Shown here: piece after piece, positions 13,801 to 25,331 of the stretch
Position numbering within the stretch: position 1 is the stretch's first letter
How the letters are laid out: each line of letters begins with the position of its first letter
From: Phoronis australis
Lineage: Eukaryota; Animalia; Phoronida
NCBI GenBank assembly: GCA_002633005.1
Contig: NMRA01000864.1
Span: 1-64,000, forward strand
Direction: 5' to 3'
DNA length: 64,000 nt
Notes under the pieces: model-generated
Told to the model about the DNA's origin: nothing
What the model saw: only the letters and a program-made list of their open reading frames with translations
Database searches by the model: none
Made by a program: the position numbers and the translations under genes

Positions 13801-14537
13801 TGTTAAGTTTATTAGATCGTTTTTCACTTAAGCGGAGGCAATGGACAAGGCAAGTCTCGGAAAAGACAACCAGACTCTGCGATGTACACGTAAGTTTCCC
13901 AGCGAGGAAAAGAACGTGCGGAACACATACAGTACTTGGGCTGTACGAAATGTCGTGGTCTATCTGTACTTTGGCGATCGTCTTCAAGCAGCTAGGTGGC
14001 TAACTACAAGACCTGTAGTGCGCCTTCCGAAGTAGACTTCCATTGTGAGAGCCATCTATAAATTTTTAGGCTCTTAATGGGGTTCATGATGGGGCTACTG
14101 TATTCAGGGCGGATTTAAGGGGGGAGCGGAAGCAAGGAGGATATGGCCCCCACTAAAAATCTCCTAGACTCCATTTGGCACTTTGCGGATACGAATGTCT
14201 GACGAGCAAAATCCTGATTATACTCTGCCCCGGTCCCCTTACTCAAAATCCTTGATCCGTCTCTGCTATTTAAGAGGCCTACTTAATTAACGACTGGGGT
14301 ATGCTATGAGGTTTTTTATCAATACATGTAGCTTGGATACAAAATTTCATTTTGGAAACATAGTATGCCTTTAAGCGTCTATACATTGCCTTGTTTAGTA
14401 AACTGTACGGATGCGATGTACCGGTAAAATGCTAAGTTTGTGTTTGGCAAAAGTTGTGCATCTTTAATTGTAATCGTTAAATGAATTGTTCATTTGTATA
14501 TCTCACAGGCACTGACGTCAGTCCCAGCTTGACCTAG
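4695..14537 (+). CDS. Gene A: spliced ZU5-UPA(-like)-DED death-fold signalling protein (start codon not established)
   Basis: Exons 4695-4802, 5084-5146, 6209-7071, 8782-8836, 10874-10985, 12525-12697 and 14509-14537 all have AG/GT ends. Their phases chain (1-1-1-0-1-2-1) into one open frame ending in TAG at 14535-14537, with AATAAA at 14795-14800. Domain calls are by motif recognition, not HMM. Confidence 0.8.
5084..5146 (+). CDS. Gene A exon (GLKIDAGSSVQFPSGKVTEKE)
   Basis: tttgtttccattag acceptor and GAAG|gtaaag donor, phase 1-1. Confidence 0.65.
6209..7071 (+). CDS. Gene A large exon: ZU5 domain plus UPA-like beta domain
   Basis: Begins ATIDGATGGVILWKEVQLRVPPNAI, matching the ZU5 I-x3-GG...V-x-L-x-IP-x-GA pattern. 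It continues LSDPAEIRV and FYLKTFSG (F|S junction motif), then a beta-rich domain. Acceptor ccctatag, donor CAT|gtaagt. A paralogous exon lies at 29163-30006. Confidence 0.85.
8782..8836 (+). CDS. Gene A linker mini-exon (EVSAVGKAPATRTKSNTT)
   Basis: ttcgttttag acceptor and ACTG|gtaaga donor, phase 0-1. Splice sites are conserved in copies at 27920 and 32929. Confidence 0.75.
10874..10985 (+). CDS. Gene A exon: DED N-terminal half (GIGTCAEELHRQLLLLVADSVVKEDFGRLKGLCKAWIK)
   Basis: attcgcag acceptor and AA|gtaaga donor, phase 1-2. Matches the DED helix 1-2 pattern (R-x-LL-x2-V...L-x2-LK-[F]-LC). Confidence 0.8.
12525..12697 (+). CDS. Gene A exon: DED C-terminal half (PALAEKITKTEELLEELEKQEIIKIGEYSKLMEMLGKLKLNVVKSCVDKLSRRIKAL)
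   Basis: tttgtcgtttgcag acceptor, phase 2 as required. E-K-I-x4-L-L-x2-LE-x3-I...L-x-E-M-L is the DED helix 3-5 pattern. It ends at CTAG|gtatat or reads through to TGA at 12703-12705. Confidence 0.8.
14104..14265. mobile_element. Short GC-rich non-autonomous TIR relic (related fragments near 18106, 47760 and 54485-54616)
   Basis: CAGGGCGGATTTAAGGGGGG...CCTTGATCCGTCTCTG imperfect inverted ends. No TSD. Confidence 0.4.
14509..14537 (+). CDS. Gene A probable terminal coding exon (GTDVSPSLT*)
   Basis: tatatctcacag acceptor, phase 1, TAG stop, and AATAAA about 260 nt downstream. Confidence 0.55.
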
Positions 14538-14794
14538 CTGCGCTCATCGAAAACGACCCTACAGATGGCGATCACCGTCACGCAGCACGCAGCTCCCTGA
14601 CGACGTTATCCAAAACAGAACAATCACTTCAGTGGCATTGACCTGTAGGCGGATCTTCATCCGAAAATCTTTTCAAGTCAACAACAATTTTGTAGCTGAC
14701 ATGGATGCACTGCCCTTCACCTTCCCCTCATGTTAACAACACGCTGGATATTCATTAAGTTATGTTTTATTTGAGACACATCGAAATTGTCAAT

Positions 14795-14800
14795 AATAAA
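14795..14800 (+). terminator. Putative polyadenylation signal of gene A
   Basis: AATAAA downstream of the last coding exon. Confidence 0.4.
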
Positions 14801-15615
14801 ACATTAGATATGTTATATTTACATTGTCATTAGATTATTATCCGTAAAAATCGTGCGACTTCTCTCGAGGCGAATTCCATGAGCTATACCCTCAACAAGT
14901 TTGTATCTCTCAAAAATGAAAAATATTCGACTTTCGAGAGCCCTTGGTGATTAAGTCCTTTAAATGTAGTTACAATTGGCAACATTTTAGGTTTCGTCGA
15001 TTTCCTTGTCTAGCACAGCTTCCGTATTCTAAAATGGACCGAGAAGAATTAATTGGAGTCATCCCTGTGTGTCTCAGGTTCTATGCGTCCAGTGTTACGT
15101 ATAGAGGAAAGGTTTTACAGTATTTGGCCTCTCCATAACATTCACGGAAGGCCATAAATTATTGGACCTCTCCATAATATTCACGAAAGTCTCTCGATAG
15201 ACAGTGACCACAGTCTCTAGTTCAACTAGAGACGGTGAAGCTCATAACAGCATTTCGTACACTGGAAGCTTTTCAAAAAATTATGCCACACATTTATTGA
15301 AATATCCAGGTCAATTTGTTATAAGTACCTTTTGCGAATCGGGGTACACCTTAGGGGGCAGCCCTCCAACTCAAACCCATACTACTGTCATCAAACTTAT
15401 TCTTCAAAAAGGTCTTCCTTCAGTTCCCACTGTCAGAAACTGGCCACGTGGCACGAGGTATGACGACATGGATCAGGAACACTAAATGTTCGTCCAAGCA
15501 ATGCTATGAACAAATTGAAATGGTATTATTATTAGTGTTCGTTTTCAGAGGGTTAGAGTAGTTTTGGAAGTATGGTATACAAGCATTAACAAAACTTTGC
15601 ATGGCTCTTCTAAAT

Positions 15616-15760
15616 TTTAAAGGAATAGTGTGCCAATTTAAAGGAATACGGTGCCAATTTAAAGGAATACGGTGCCACTTTAAAGGAATACGGTGCCACT
15701 TTAAAGGAATACGGTGCCAATTTAAAGGAATACGGTGCCGATTTAAAGGAATACGGTGCT
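15616..15760. repeat. Minisatellite, 21-bp unit TTTAAAGGAATACGGTGCCAA x about 7
   Basis: Direct tandem copies. They explain the spurious repetitive ORFs 15504-15800 and 15601-15840. Confidence 0.95.
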
Positions 15761-18719
15761 TATTTGAATTTTGTCGAGCATTTGCCATCCGACTGGTCAA
15801 AAGATATGAATTTGTTCTTGAGAACCCTGTTGAATTTTAAACAATATCCAGATTATTTTTAGCCAGTGTTCTTTAACAGATATGAAGGGGCTTTCCCTCT
15901 GTAAGAAAGTCTAGCTCCATATATGAGTTAACTGCTCTTATCCGGTTGGCATTTTTATCCGAAATGGTTGCATGTTTGGCCTACTATTATTCATAAATTA
16001 TGTAGATGAATGAAATATCGTAAGCGAAAATGTATGCGTGTTTATATTTTCCCAGTTGTGTGGATCATCATTTGGATTACACCAACAGCACCCTCTATTG
16101 TAAGACTTGAAAGAAATGGTAGCTGAACGAAAACTTTTCATTAAGAACAAAGGAGGGTGATCAAAGACCTAGTTCGCCAACTTATTTTCTCCCTAAGTCG
16201 GAATACAACTTGAAACATGTGACGGGCATCAATCATCTGTTACCTGTTGATTACCCTCTACCGTTTTGGTCTGATGCCCTCATTAATATGTGCATGATTG
16301 GTGTGTCAGTCTGCGCGTGCATATTTCCGCGGGTGCTGTTGCTCAGCTTATTTCGATTGCCGGGGATTTGGTGAATATATTTAGCTATCCGGTATACTTC
16401 AAGGAATGTTTTTTGTTTGCAAACTCACAGGTTCAGTTCATCTTTCAATGTCAGAGTTAGGTTATTCTTCAATCATTCAACACACGTGCAGTCTACTACA
16501 TCTTTAGCGTTGTCATTGATCATTATTCGAAATATTATACATGTGGCGATGATGATTTATCATCGTTTGTGTTTTAATTTTCTTCAGTAATAATAAATGA
16601 CCTTTTTTCCTAAGATTCCAGTCTCTATTTCATCTCTTTGAACAGAACTTGGGACGCACTTATTCACATTTTATGGTTTGATCAAACATAAATATTATGT
16701 TGGTGGGACAAAGATTAAAGTGACTTTATTATTGACGACTTGTTTTTACGCTACATTTCCGCAATATAGATTAGGACGGACAACGTTTTCGTATCTGTCG
16801 CAAGTTTTGCCTGTCCACTGAAGCAATCGATACGACGAAGGTATCTGGCCTCAACAGCGTCACGTCAGACGAATCTTACATGAAAAAACGGAAGATAAAT
16901 GTGTCGGTAATAAGGATACAGCGTAAATCATTTTCAATCAAATGCCTACCGTACCTGCATATATTTAGTCACGTGTACACACATTAATGAATTACGGGAG
17001 ACTTCTGCTATCTTGCCCGGCTTTCTGTTGTCAAGTTTTAAAATGTGACGTGCCTTTGTTTAAAATATTGAAAATATAACATCTGACCGGCAGAGGGTAT
17101 AAATCACTCAGACAGTTATCAGTGTTGATTGCCAGATGATGGTACTGAATCTCTTATCCAAAAATCTGTGGCTTGAAAATAAATTACCCAAAACATATCA
17201 TATCTTGATTGTGCGTGAACAATTTTGTGTAAAGAGGTCTATCATTATTGACCCTGAGAATTATAACGTTTGATACTAATTCAAGGCTGTAGGGATTGAA
17301 TTTCAATATTAATTGATAAAAACTTGTTTAAAACTCTTGAAAAGTAAAAAAGATGCTGAAGACATGGTCTCAATGCAAACTAGCTATATTCGGTGAAGTG
17401 ATGGTTATAAAAACAATTGTTTCTTAATAAATTGCCCATTTAATTTACTCATAACAAGTTCATCTGCAACCCTTTTAAACAAAGCGAACGATTTGTCTTT
17501 CAAATTTATTTGGAATCAGTATTATTATATATTAAATTTACATAACGGTTAGTGACGATTGTATTTGTATCAATTAAATACCTCGGCACTGCAGTTAAAA
17601 GTTGTCTAATAGGCCATAGTTGCCAGGTGTCATTCAGCGTGTATTTTCTTTCACTTTTTTTCGACATCGCAATCGCTTTACCGAAGATTCACGCACAAAT
17701 GGTGCGTAGAGACACATGCCTATTCAACACGTATTCACATCTTCACTATCAAAATTATTTCATTTATTTAATGTAATTTTTCAATATGTGGCTGACAGAA
17801 AATATTTATTTTTGGAACTACGTCAACGACCAACTGATACACGTAAGTAGCGCAGATGAACGTCACCGATACACGAGAACGGAATGCACAAAGCTATTCT
17901 TGGTTGTAGCCTCAACAGTGGAAGTCTTAAACATATGATTTCGAAGTGTCTTCCAAGACAGTCGGCTTAGGGAATACAGAATAGTGCATTTCGCGTCTTT
18001 AATGCAATGGTTAATACTACGAAAATATATCGTCCCCGTAGTAAGAGCTCATCGGTGTAACAACTCACTCACTTTCCCATCAACATGGGTGCGTGATACG
18101 AGACCCAGTGGCAGATCTAGGATAACTTAAGGGGGGCCCAACATCCGAAGACGTTGTCTTTGAGAATCGGGCGAAGCGTGATCGTGTTTGGAGGTATTAA
18201 TAGTAAAAAGATCTAAAATAAGCCACAGCCTTCGAAAAATATTCTAAAAAAACTGAAACCAATGTTTTTTTAAATTCCTCTGGCAAGGTCGCATGACAAA
18301 ATTAGGCAGTCCCAAGCTGTTTGTAATTATAAAGAGCAAGGTATTTGAATGATTAACATGTTTTCATACTGTAAGGCTTTACAGATTAACGTGTAAACAA
18401 CATTTGTAAACACCCAATCTTAGACGGCCCATCGGTTTCATTCGGAAACAACGCCACCAAAACAAACCAAAGACATTCTTGAAACAAGGTTACAAATTGT
18501 CGATTCCGACGGAGCTTAATCGTCTCGTTTGCTCTTCAGGGAATGGCAGATTCAACATTTTTGCGGATTATAAGAGGAACTAACAAAACAGTAATTCAAT
18601 ACATTTAAAAACATAATGTTAATACTTTACATTACGGGAATAAGATGAAAAGTGAATATCGACGAATACAATGTTTTTGCAAATCCAAAATATCTGTACA
18701 GCTCCTGAATTTTCCGTTA

Positions 18720-19678
18720 AATTTCCCGTTTGCAAGCAGTAAGTGTTTAAGAAAAGCCGAGGAGGGGCAAAACGTGGGTTAAAGTGTGAAGAGCTAACAA
18801 TTGTATACGCAGAACCAAATGCCAGTAGTAGTCGTCACGTGCAACATAAACTGTGCAGCCAACCCTGCATGCGCAAATTATTATTGAGCTTGGAGCAGGT
18901 ATAAATTAAACCGTGACTCAAAAATATTGAAGACGACCAGGATCACCTATTATTCGAACTTTACTTCAAATCAAGCGGCAGCGCCATCCCTGATGGTGAG
19001 ACTTATATCAGCTTTAAAATTTAAATTAAAAAAATGACGTCATACTGTACTAAAGAAAAATTCCAGTAGCCATTTTAATGACGATACTTTATAATGAATT
19101 AAAAGCTATACAGATTCAGAATTTAAATCGCTTAGAATTCCGGGTTTCAAAAAGGGAGAACTCTCAAAAAGCCGTGATGTGCTCCCCATTACTTTTAATT
19201 TTCCATGTCAATGGCTAATGATTTTAACATAATGAATGAATTTTTGGCTGCCAAGTAGACGGCCTGTATGCAGCATAGTGCGTTTTGTGAGAGAAGGCCA
19301 TGCCAAAATAATCCATTTATTATTTAAGAGTTCTCGTTTATTTAATAATCTCACAAATCCACTAGGAATCTGTTTTACAAGAATTATTTCAACTAATTTG
19401 TTGTGTCATGGCTAACAATTTCCTGATCTCAGTCCTCCAAAACTGCTCTTTTCTAAACAGATTGTTTATGTCATGCAGTTTTCAAGTGGTGTGGGAAAGG
19501 ACTTTGTAAACGCTTTCCCATAATATTTCTGAATTTTCAAGCGTTATAAGAAATAACGTTCTATATCTTTCTATGCCTGTCTGTTTGCATCAAATATAAC
19601 GTCTTTCACAATTTTGGCAGCTATCACAATTGTGTTTGGTCTTGTCACTACAAGTTGAGGCCCTGAGTCATTTTTGTA
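18720..19678 (+). repeat. Duplicated upstream segment heading paralog region B
   Basis: Same colinear blocks as 210-785, with insertions. Similarity stops after ccctgagtcattttttgt. Confidence 0.8.
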
Positions 19679-20690
19679 TATTGATGGCGAGGATTTTTTG
19701 AGATTTATGGCACTCTGACATAATTCCTATTATTTGGGCAAATACCATTATAGAGCCCTTCCTGCTTCATATCCAAGTCCTGGTTAGTTCCTACCAAGTA
19801 CGATGGTTGCGCTGTTTGTTCTTTCTCTCCAGCTTCCTGTTGGCCCAGCCTCAAGCAACAGTACATTCACTCGTAAGTTTTCCTAATTAGACAAGTTTAT
19901 ACTTAGTAGACTCCTTCCCGTTCGTCGTTAATTGTCCTGGATAAACGATACTTCCTTTGTTTATTATTTGTAGCCACTGATGGCTTTTCTAAAGGCCGAT
20001 TTCTTTCGATTCTAATGATCCCTCAAACCCAAACCAATCCTTCGCCATTTCAGGTAGCACTGAATAGTTAGGCTGCGACCGCGGCCAATTTGCAATATTG
20101 AAATTTTGGGGTAGGCCAAGTTTGGGGGGCATTTTGTATGTGGGCATTGCACGTAGGTACAGTGAATGTGGTTTGTTTGCATTTGTGAACATGCTGTGAA
20201 TAAAAAAGACCACTTTTTTGGCTGTAGCTGCACTCTTCTTCAAGATGACGGCCCCCGGCTGCAATTGTGCATTGTTGGGTAGCGACCGAGAAATTGGCTG
20301 TGATTTTAGGTAGCCCTCAAACAAGCAAGAATTGCAAAAAAAAAATAGTTGGTTTGACGGTACTTTTGGACCACATTTTCGAAGTCTGTAGGAAATTTGC
20401 TTTCAGGCTCTAATGTTGGCTTTAGTCGTGCATCGGCAGGGAAGTGGTGTTTTTTGGGTGAAAAGTGCCGATTTTGCATTTTTTTGCCCTTATTTTTCTT
20501 AGTCTAGCTTGGTTTCAAGTGGGAATGGAATTGTCAAAAATACAAGAGAGAATAAAGTTTCTGTCCTCATCTGCAGGGCTTTTTATTTGAAATAATTGAA
20601 AACATGCCATTCTTTGCATCCTGTTTTTGACACAGTGAAGAAAAGTTGACAAACCAAGTGATGTGTGTTTTGCTGGGCAAAACCCAGTGA

Positions 20691-22641
20691 TAGTCGGTGG
20701 GCCAGATTTTGTAGGGCCTCTAGAAAATGGTTTTTGTGAGTACTTTAGGGGGGCAATTTTATTTCGGTGTTTTTTAATTCATTTATTAGAGCGTTTTCAA
20801 AATCTAAAAAGTTCCCACATATAAAGTTGCACATTTTTGAGAAATTTGAGTTTGAAGTTACCTAATAATCACCAAAGAGCTAAGTAAACTTATATTTGTA
20901 AAAACAACAGTTTTGGTGACTTTTTTGTAAAACAAGTAATATGGTCCCATCAGTGCCATTGTATTGAACAATATTACACTCACATTACAGGTTTTACTAT
21001 TGTAAATTAATTGTAAACAGCGAAATTTAAAAAATGTAAAGAGACACCTAGTGCCAAAAATGCAAACTAAGTCTGAATGTTACTAGGAAGTTATTCTGGC
21101 ATTGTCAGGCAACAAAAATAACACAAAACACTTGAGACTGGGAAAAATTTGTGCCTCAATGACTAAAACATTGACTAATGGTGTAAAATACAGCTTGTTT
21201 GCATAATACACCAGAAATACGTTATAGTACAAAAACAATATAGTTGAATAATCTCTGTGAATGTGCACAAAGAGTGTATGAAAATAAAAGATTATTCTGA
21301 CAGCGTTTATCAAGCAGTATGAGACAAATACATGAAAATGATCAAAGTATGTACTTTCTATGACTTAATCAACAAATAAAATTAACTTTTTAATACAAAA
21401 AAAGGAAATAACGGGGTTGGAGGTCTATTTAGGGTTGACTTGTCAAAGAACTATCCAATGTTATGCAGTCAGTGTTGCTGATGTTACTACAGTTGTCACA
21501 GCTGCACATTTCTGTACAGTTTGACCCAGCATTGCAGCACAAACTCAGTTTCCCAGCACACATGTTCTTTTTGCACTTGCAGCGTTCATCGTTTAGTACT
21601 GTCAATGGAGATGCGGTCATTGCCATACATATTAACTGCAAAGCTCCACCGCCAAGGANNNNNNNNNNNNNNNNNNNNNNNNNNNNNNNNNNNNNNNNNN
21701 NNNNNNNNNNNNNNNNNNNNNNNNNNNNNNNNNNNNNNNNNNNNNNNNNNNNNNNNNNNNNNNNNNNNNNNNNNNNNNNNNNNNNNNNNNNNNNNNNNNN
21801 NNNNNNNNNNNNNNNNNNNNNNNNNNNNNNNNNNNNNNNNNNNNNNNNNNNNNNNNNNNNNNNNNNNNNNNNNNNNNNNNNNNNNNNNTCTTTCTTGAAA
21901 TGTGGCCCATAATGTACTTTTCCTGCTAACAAATGATGCACTCATGTTTCAGAATGTTCCTATCTTGTTCAGGTTAATTGGGTGTTTCAGATTTTGGAAG
22001 TATAATTGATTTTCTTGGGAAATCTTGGATAACATCTGTATCACTTTCAGCAACTTCAGCTTTAGTACTACTGTTGGTGCCTTGAAACGTTGCTATGCCG
22101 TTCTATGTCCTTACAATTGGTCTGACACTTGGTCTTCTAGTCTACAGCACTCAGCAGTATACTCACACTGTGTAGGCTATCAGGACATGCAGCTGTTTTC
22201 TGCACAAACGTTTGTGACACCTCTTTTTCTTTTTGATCTACTGATCTACAGAGTTCTACAGTCAATCAGCTTTCGTCAGGAAGCTTTAATTCCTAAATTT
22301 CTTTAGGCTCTGACATCACAATTTTGTGATGTTTGATAAACCTTGAATTATACAGGCATCACATTCCATGGAAGCAGCCATATTGAAGTAACTAAGCACA
22401 ACAATACAATCTGGCTCCCTGATTGGTCAATTCACTAGAAAAGCGCCATCAAGTGGCAGGAATATGCATCATATTTTGTGCAACAAAAACACCTTTTTTT
22501 AGAAAAATGTGCAAGTGTAGACGTGGGAACTTTTTGGAATTTGATTTATAGGTATATTATCTAGCCACATAGAAAAAACTAGGTTGCCCCCCTCCAAAGT
22601 ACTCACAAGGATGAACGCTTTGAGATCTGGCCCACCGACTA
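20691..22641 (-). mobile_element. Academ-like DNA transposon (defective or gap-containing)
   Basis: Perfect 17-bp TIR TAGTCGGTGGGCCAGAT (20691-20707) / ATCTGGCCCACCGACTA (22625-22641), plus an inverted subterminal GTGAGTACTTT-GGGGGGCAA motif. A minus-strand remnant encodes a Cys-rich finger (RCKCKKNMCAGKLSLCCNAGSNCTEMCSCDNCSN). TAG...CTA ends and a C-terminal Cys8 finger are Academ hallmarks. No TSD is visible. Confidence 0.7.
21429..21658 (-). pseudogene. Transposase C-terminal CXC/Cys8 zinc-finger fragment
   Basis: CKC-x4-C-x6-CC-x5-C-x3-CSC-x2-CSN followed by a stop. The upstream part lies in the N gap. Confidence 0.65.
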
Positions 22642-23060
22642 ATTACACCTGGTAAGAAGTTGAGAATTCGCAGAGTGAAGTTGACTCACGCACGTGGCGT
22701 ATAGCTGGGGAGCGTTCTGTAGATCTATCTTTTCTAGAAAAAACACGCTCAAGACTTTGCAAAACCACGTCGGTAAAATGCGAGTGCAAACGAATGTCTT
22801 GCGTTCTGCGGAAATCATTCTGCTCATTTTGAAGCCCGAAAGCTATTATCTTGCCCACGAAACGTCTGCGCTTGTGGAATGGATACGGTGAATTCAATAC
22901 CACTATACAACATCTTAGTTTCACCTATCTTTCACTCTAGCTGTAGCTATTCAATAGTTGCATGCCTTCGCGATTACTTCAGAAAATGAGGTGCTATGTG
23001 TAAACTACTAATGTTTCTGCATAATTGGAAACCCGCGCTTTAACGTTTGCGTTTTAAAGT
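22642..23060 (+). pseudogene. Region B: truncated linker mini-exon 3' end plus following intron copy
   Basis: ACACCTG|gtaagaag-ttgag matches ACTG|gtaagaaggattgag (27955-27975). 22920-23055 matches 9270-9345 and 33360-33495. Confidence 0.6.
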
Positions 23061-23948
23061 GTACACAACATGGCTCTAGTACCTCAATATAAATTTTATT
23101 ATTATATCTTACTTGATTTCAGTGCCTTTAGTGCACAGCTCATAAAGAAACACGCAAAAAGTGAAAAAATAATAATTATGTACAACGTCATGGGTTGAAC
23201 CCAAGTCGTTCGCCATACTGTTCGGATCAGAGACAAGGTGTATCGAGTGAAGAGAAAGCAAAGTACATTTAGCGTCGATAAGGTTCGTAGAGGGATCAAA
23301 AGATGTGATTCCGGAGGCTGCAGCAACAGCAGCCAGGCGGAGAAGGACACCAAAGTTGCGCAGAAGTGGTATCGCTTCGTGCGCCATACGAGAGTGTGGG
23401 ACCGATTTTTGCTCTTCAATCGTCTAGTTTTTCAGCGAACTTATTGGTCAGTACTTGAACGTTCACCCGATAAACTCCATATAATAAATCATTTCACCAT
23501 GCCAAAATTAATCCTTAGGTCAAAAATGCATAAAGAGCTTTGATAATTCACATTTAACTGTTATATAATTCCCCCAGTGTTGACATTGAACATTCTGTCG
23601 GGTATTTTTCTGTCAGAAGTTTGTGTCAAACTAAACCTAAGTGTGTGAAGTGAAATTTATCTTACAATTTGCAGCCTACAATGTTGCAATCCAAGGGGAA
23701 GCATGAGCCTGGTCAGCTTTTAAGGTGGCTACTAAACCGGGCCCGGCCACTTTTCCGCCCGGCGAAGTTTTGGCAACTCAACTGTTGAACAACCATCATT
23801 TTAATTAGGTTGAAATATATCCACTATCTTTTTTAATTTGTGCTTGAATTATACATGGTGATATACATGTTAGGTTTTATTCTCTTGCGATATTTTCTTT
23901 TTCAGTCAGTGTCTCGTTAGACAACAACATTCCAGCAGACCGGACTGG

Positions 23949-25331
23949 CCCTTACAAAAATGAACGTAAGTTTTTCGCTGAAAACTTAAGTTTTAGATGA
24001 AAAACTTAAGTTCTTCCGAAAAACTTAAGTTTTTAAAAGAAACTTAAGCTTTTAAAACTTAAGTTTTTCGCCAAAAACTTGAGTTTTTCAGCACAATGTT
24101 AAGTTTTTCAGAAAACTTAAGTTTTTCAGAAAACTTAAGTTTTCACAAATAAACTTAAGTTTCAAGTAATAATTTAAGTTTTCATAAAAACTTAAGTTTT
24201 TTGTACTAACAAAACTTAAGTTTTTGTAATTCTAAAAACTGAAGTTTTCCTGATTTCTTAAGTTTTTCAGAAAACTGGATTTTTTCATTTGTGGAAAACT
24301 TGAATTTTCTAAAAACTCTAAGGTTTCTATTTGATGAAAATTTACGTTTTCAAGTTTTTAAAATTTGAATATTGTGAGATATTTAATTTTTGGTTCGAAA
24401 TTTTTCCCATTATTTTCAAACAAAAAATAATTGTTTGCTCATGCAAAACCCATCATCTCATACAAAATGTTACCCGAATGTTTCCTTAACATTTATATAG
24501 ATACAAATACCATAAAACGAAGAACGTTTAACCTGGTCAGTCCAGAATTAGTGAAGTTATGTAATAATTACGGCACTACGTTTTTGTGAATTTAAATGTA
24601 GACGAACATCCGGTGACCAACAGCAGTAAGAATGCACCCAATGTTAATCCCCTGAGACACTGACCTGGTCAGTACAATGTAATCAATAGAACTCATGCAA
24701 TTCTTAAAAAACGTAGTTATTTTGCAAGTTTCCTTTGTGTTGAGTTGTATTCGTAAGGCAGTTTCCACCGGAAGTCAACAGTTTGAATTTTATAACCGGC
24801 AGTCAACTTCGAAGAAAAAGTCGTGTGTTGGCTAGCCAGCGACAATGAAGTTTATATTACTACGATCAGAGCCAGCAAGAAGACATTTCAGACGTTTTGG
24901 AAGTCAGGTTAGTGCCAGAGAGCGTTCTAAAATCGATTGGCCACAATCGGTGCTGTGATTTCCAACGAACGGGTTAAGTTCAGTTGTTATTTATTGTCAG
25001 CCACTCACGAGTCACGCTGTCATATACCGACATAGACTCATTCTGTGTGTGAATTATCTAAACTTCTAACGCGTAATATACTTCTGTAGGTCCATTAGAG
25101 AAAGCCATATCGTTCACATAAGGCTATTACTCTATTATATTTCTGTCTTCTGAGGTTGTGTCAGTGCTCAGGTCAGTGTGATCAATGCAAGGGGGGGGGG
25201 GGACTACCAAGGCAAAGTGTACATTTCCCAAGTTGGGTATATTGGCATTGGTTGTGTGTGCTTATGTCTATGTTCGTAGCAATTCTTGGAAGCTCCGGAT
25301 TTTGAAAAACTTAAGTTCATTTTTGTAATGG
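23949..25331. mobile_element. Non-autonomous TIR element with a palindromic subterminal array
   Basis: Left end CCCTTACAAAAATGAACGTAAGTTTTTC versus reverse complement of right end CCATTACAAAAATGAACTTAAGTTTTTC (2 mismatches in 28). Many AAAACTTAAGTTTT palindromes at 23980-24310. No clear TSD. Confidence 0.7.

Noticed and set aside
15504-15840. Repetitive ORFs (HRIPLNW / FKGIRCQ)
   Set aside because: Translation of a 21-bp minisatellite with no splice or domain support.
19751-20412. Second TAG...CTA element with TAGAGCC / GGCTCTA ends
   Set aside because: Only 7 bp of inverted match and no TSD. The region may be transposon-derived but cannot be delimited.
21463-21945. Long ORFs spanning N runs (also 40328-40646)
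   Set aside because: Their length comes from assembly gaps. Only the Cys-rich minus-strand fragment is interpretable.
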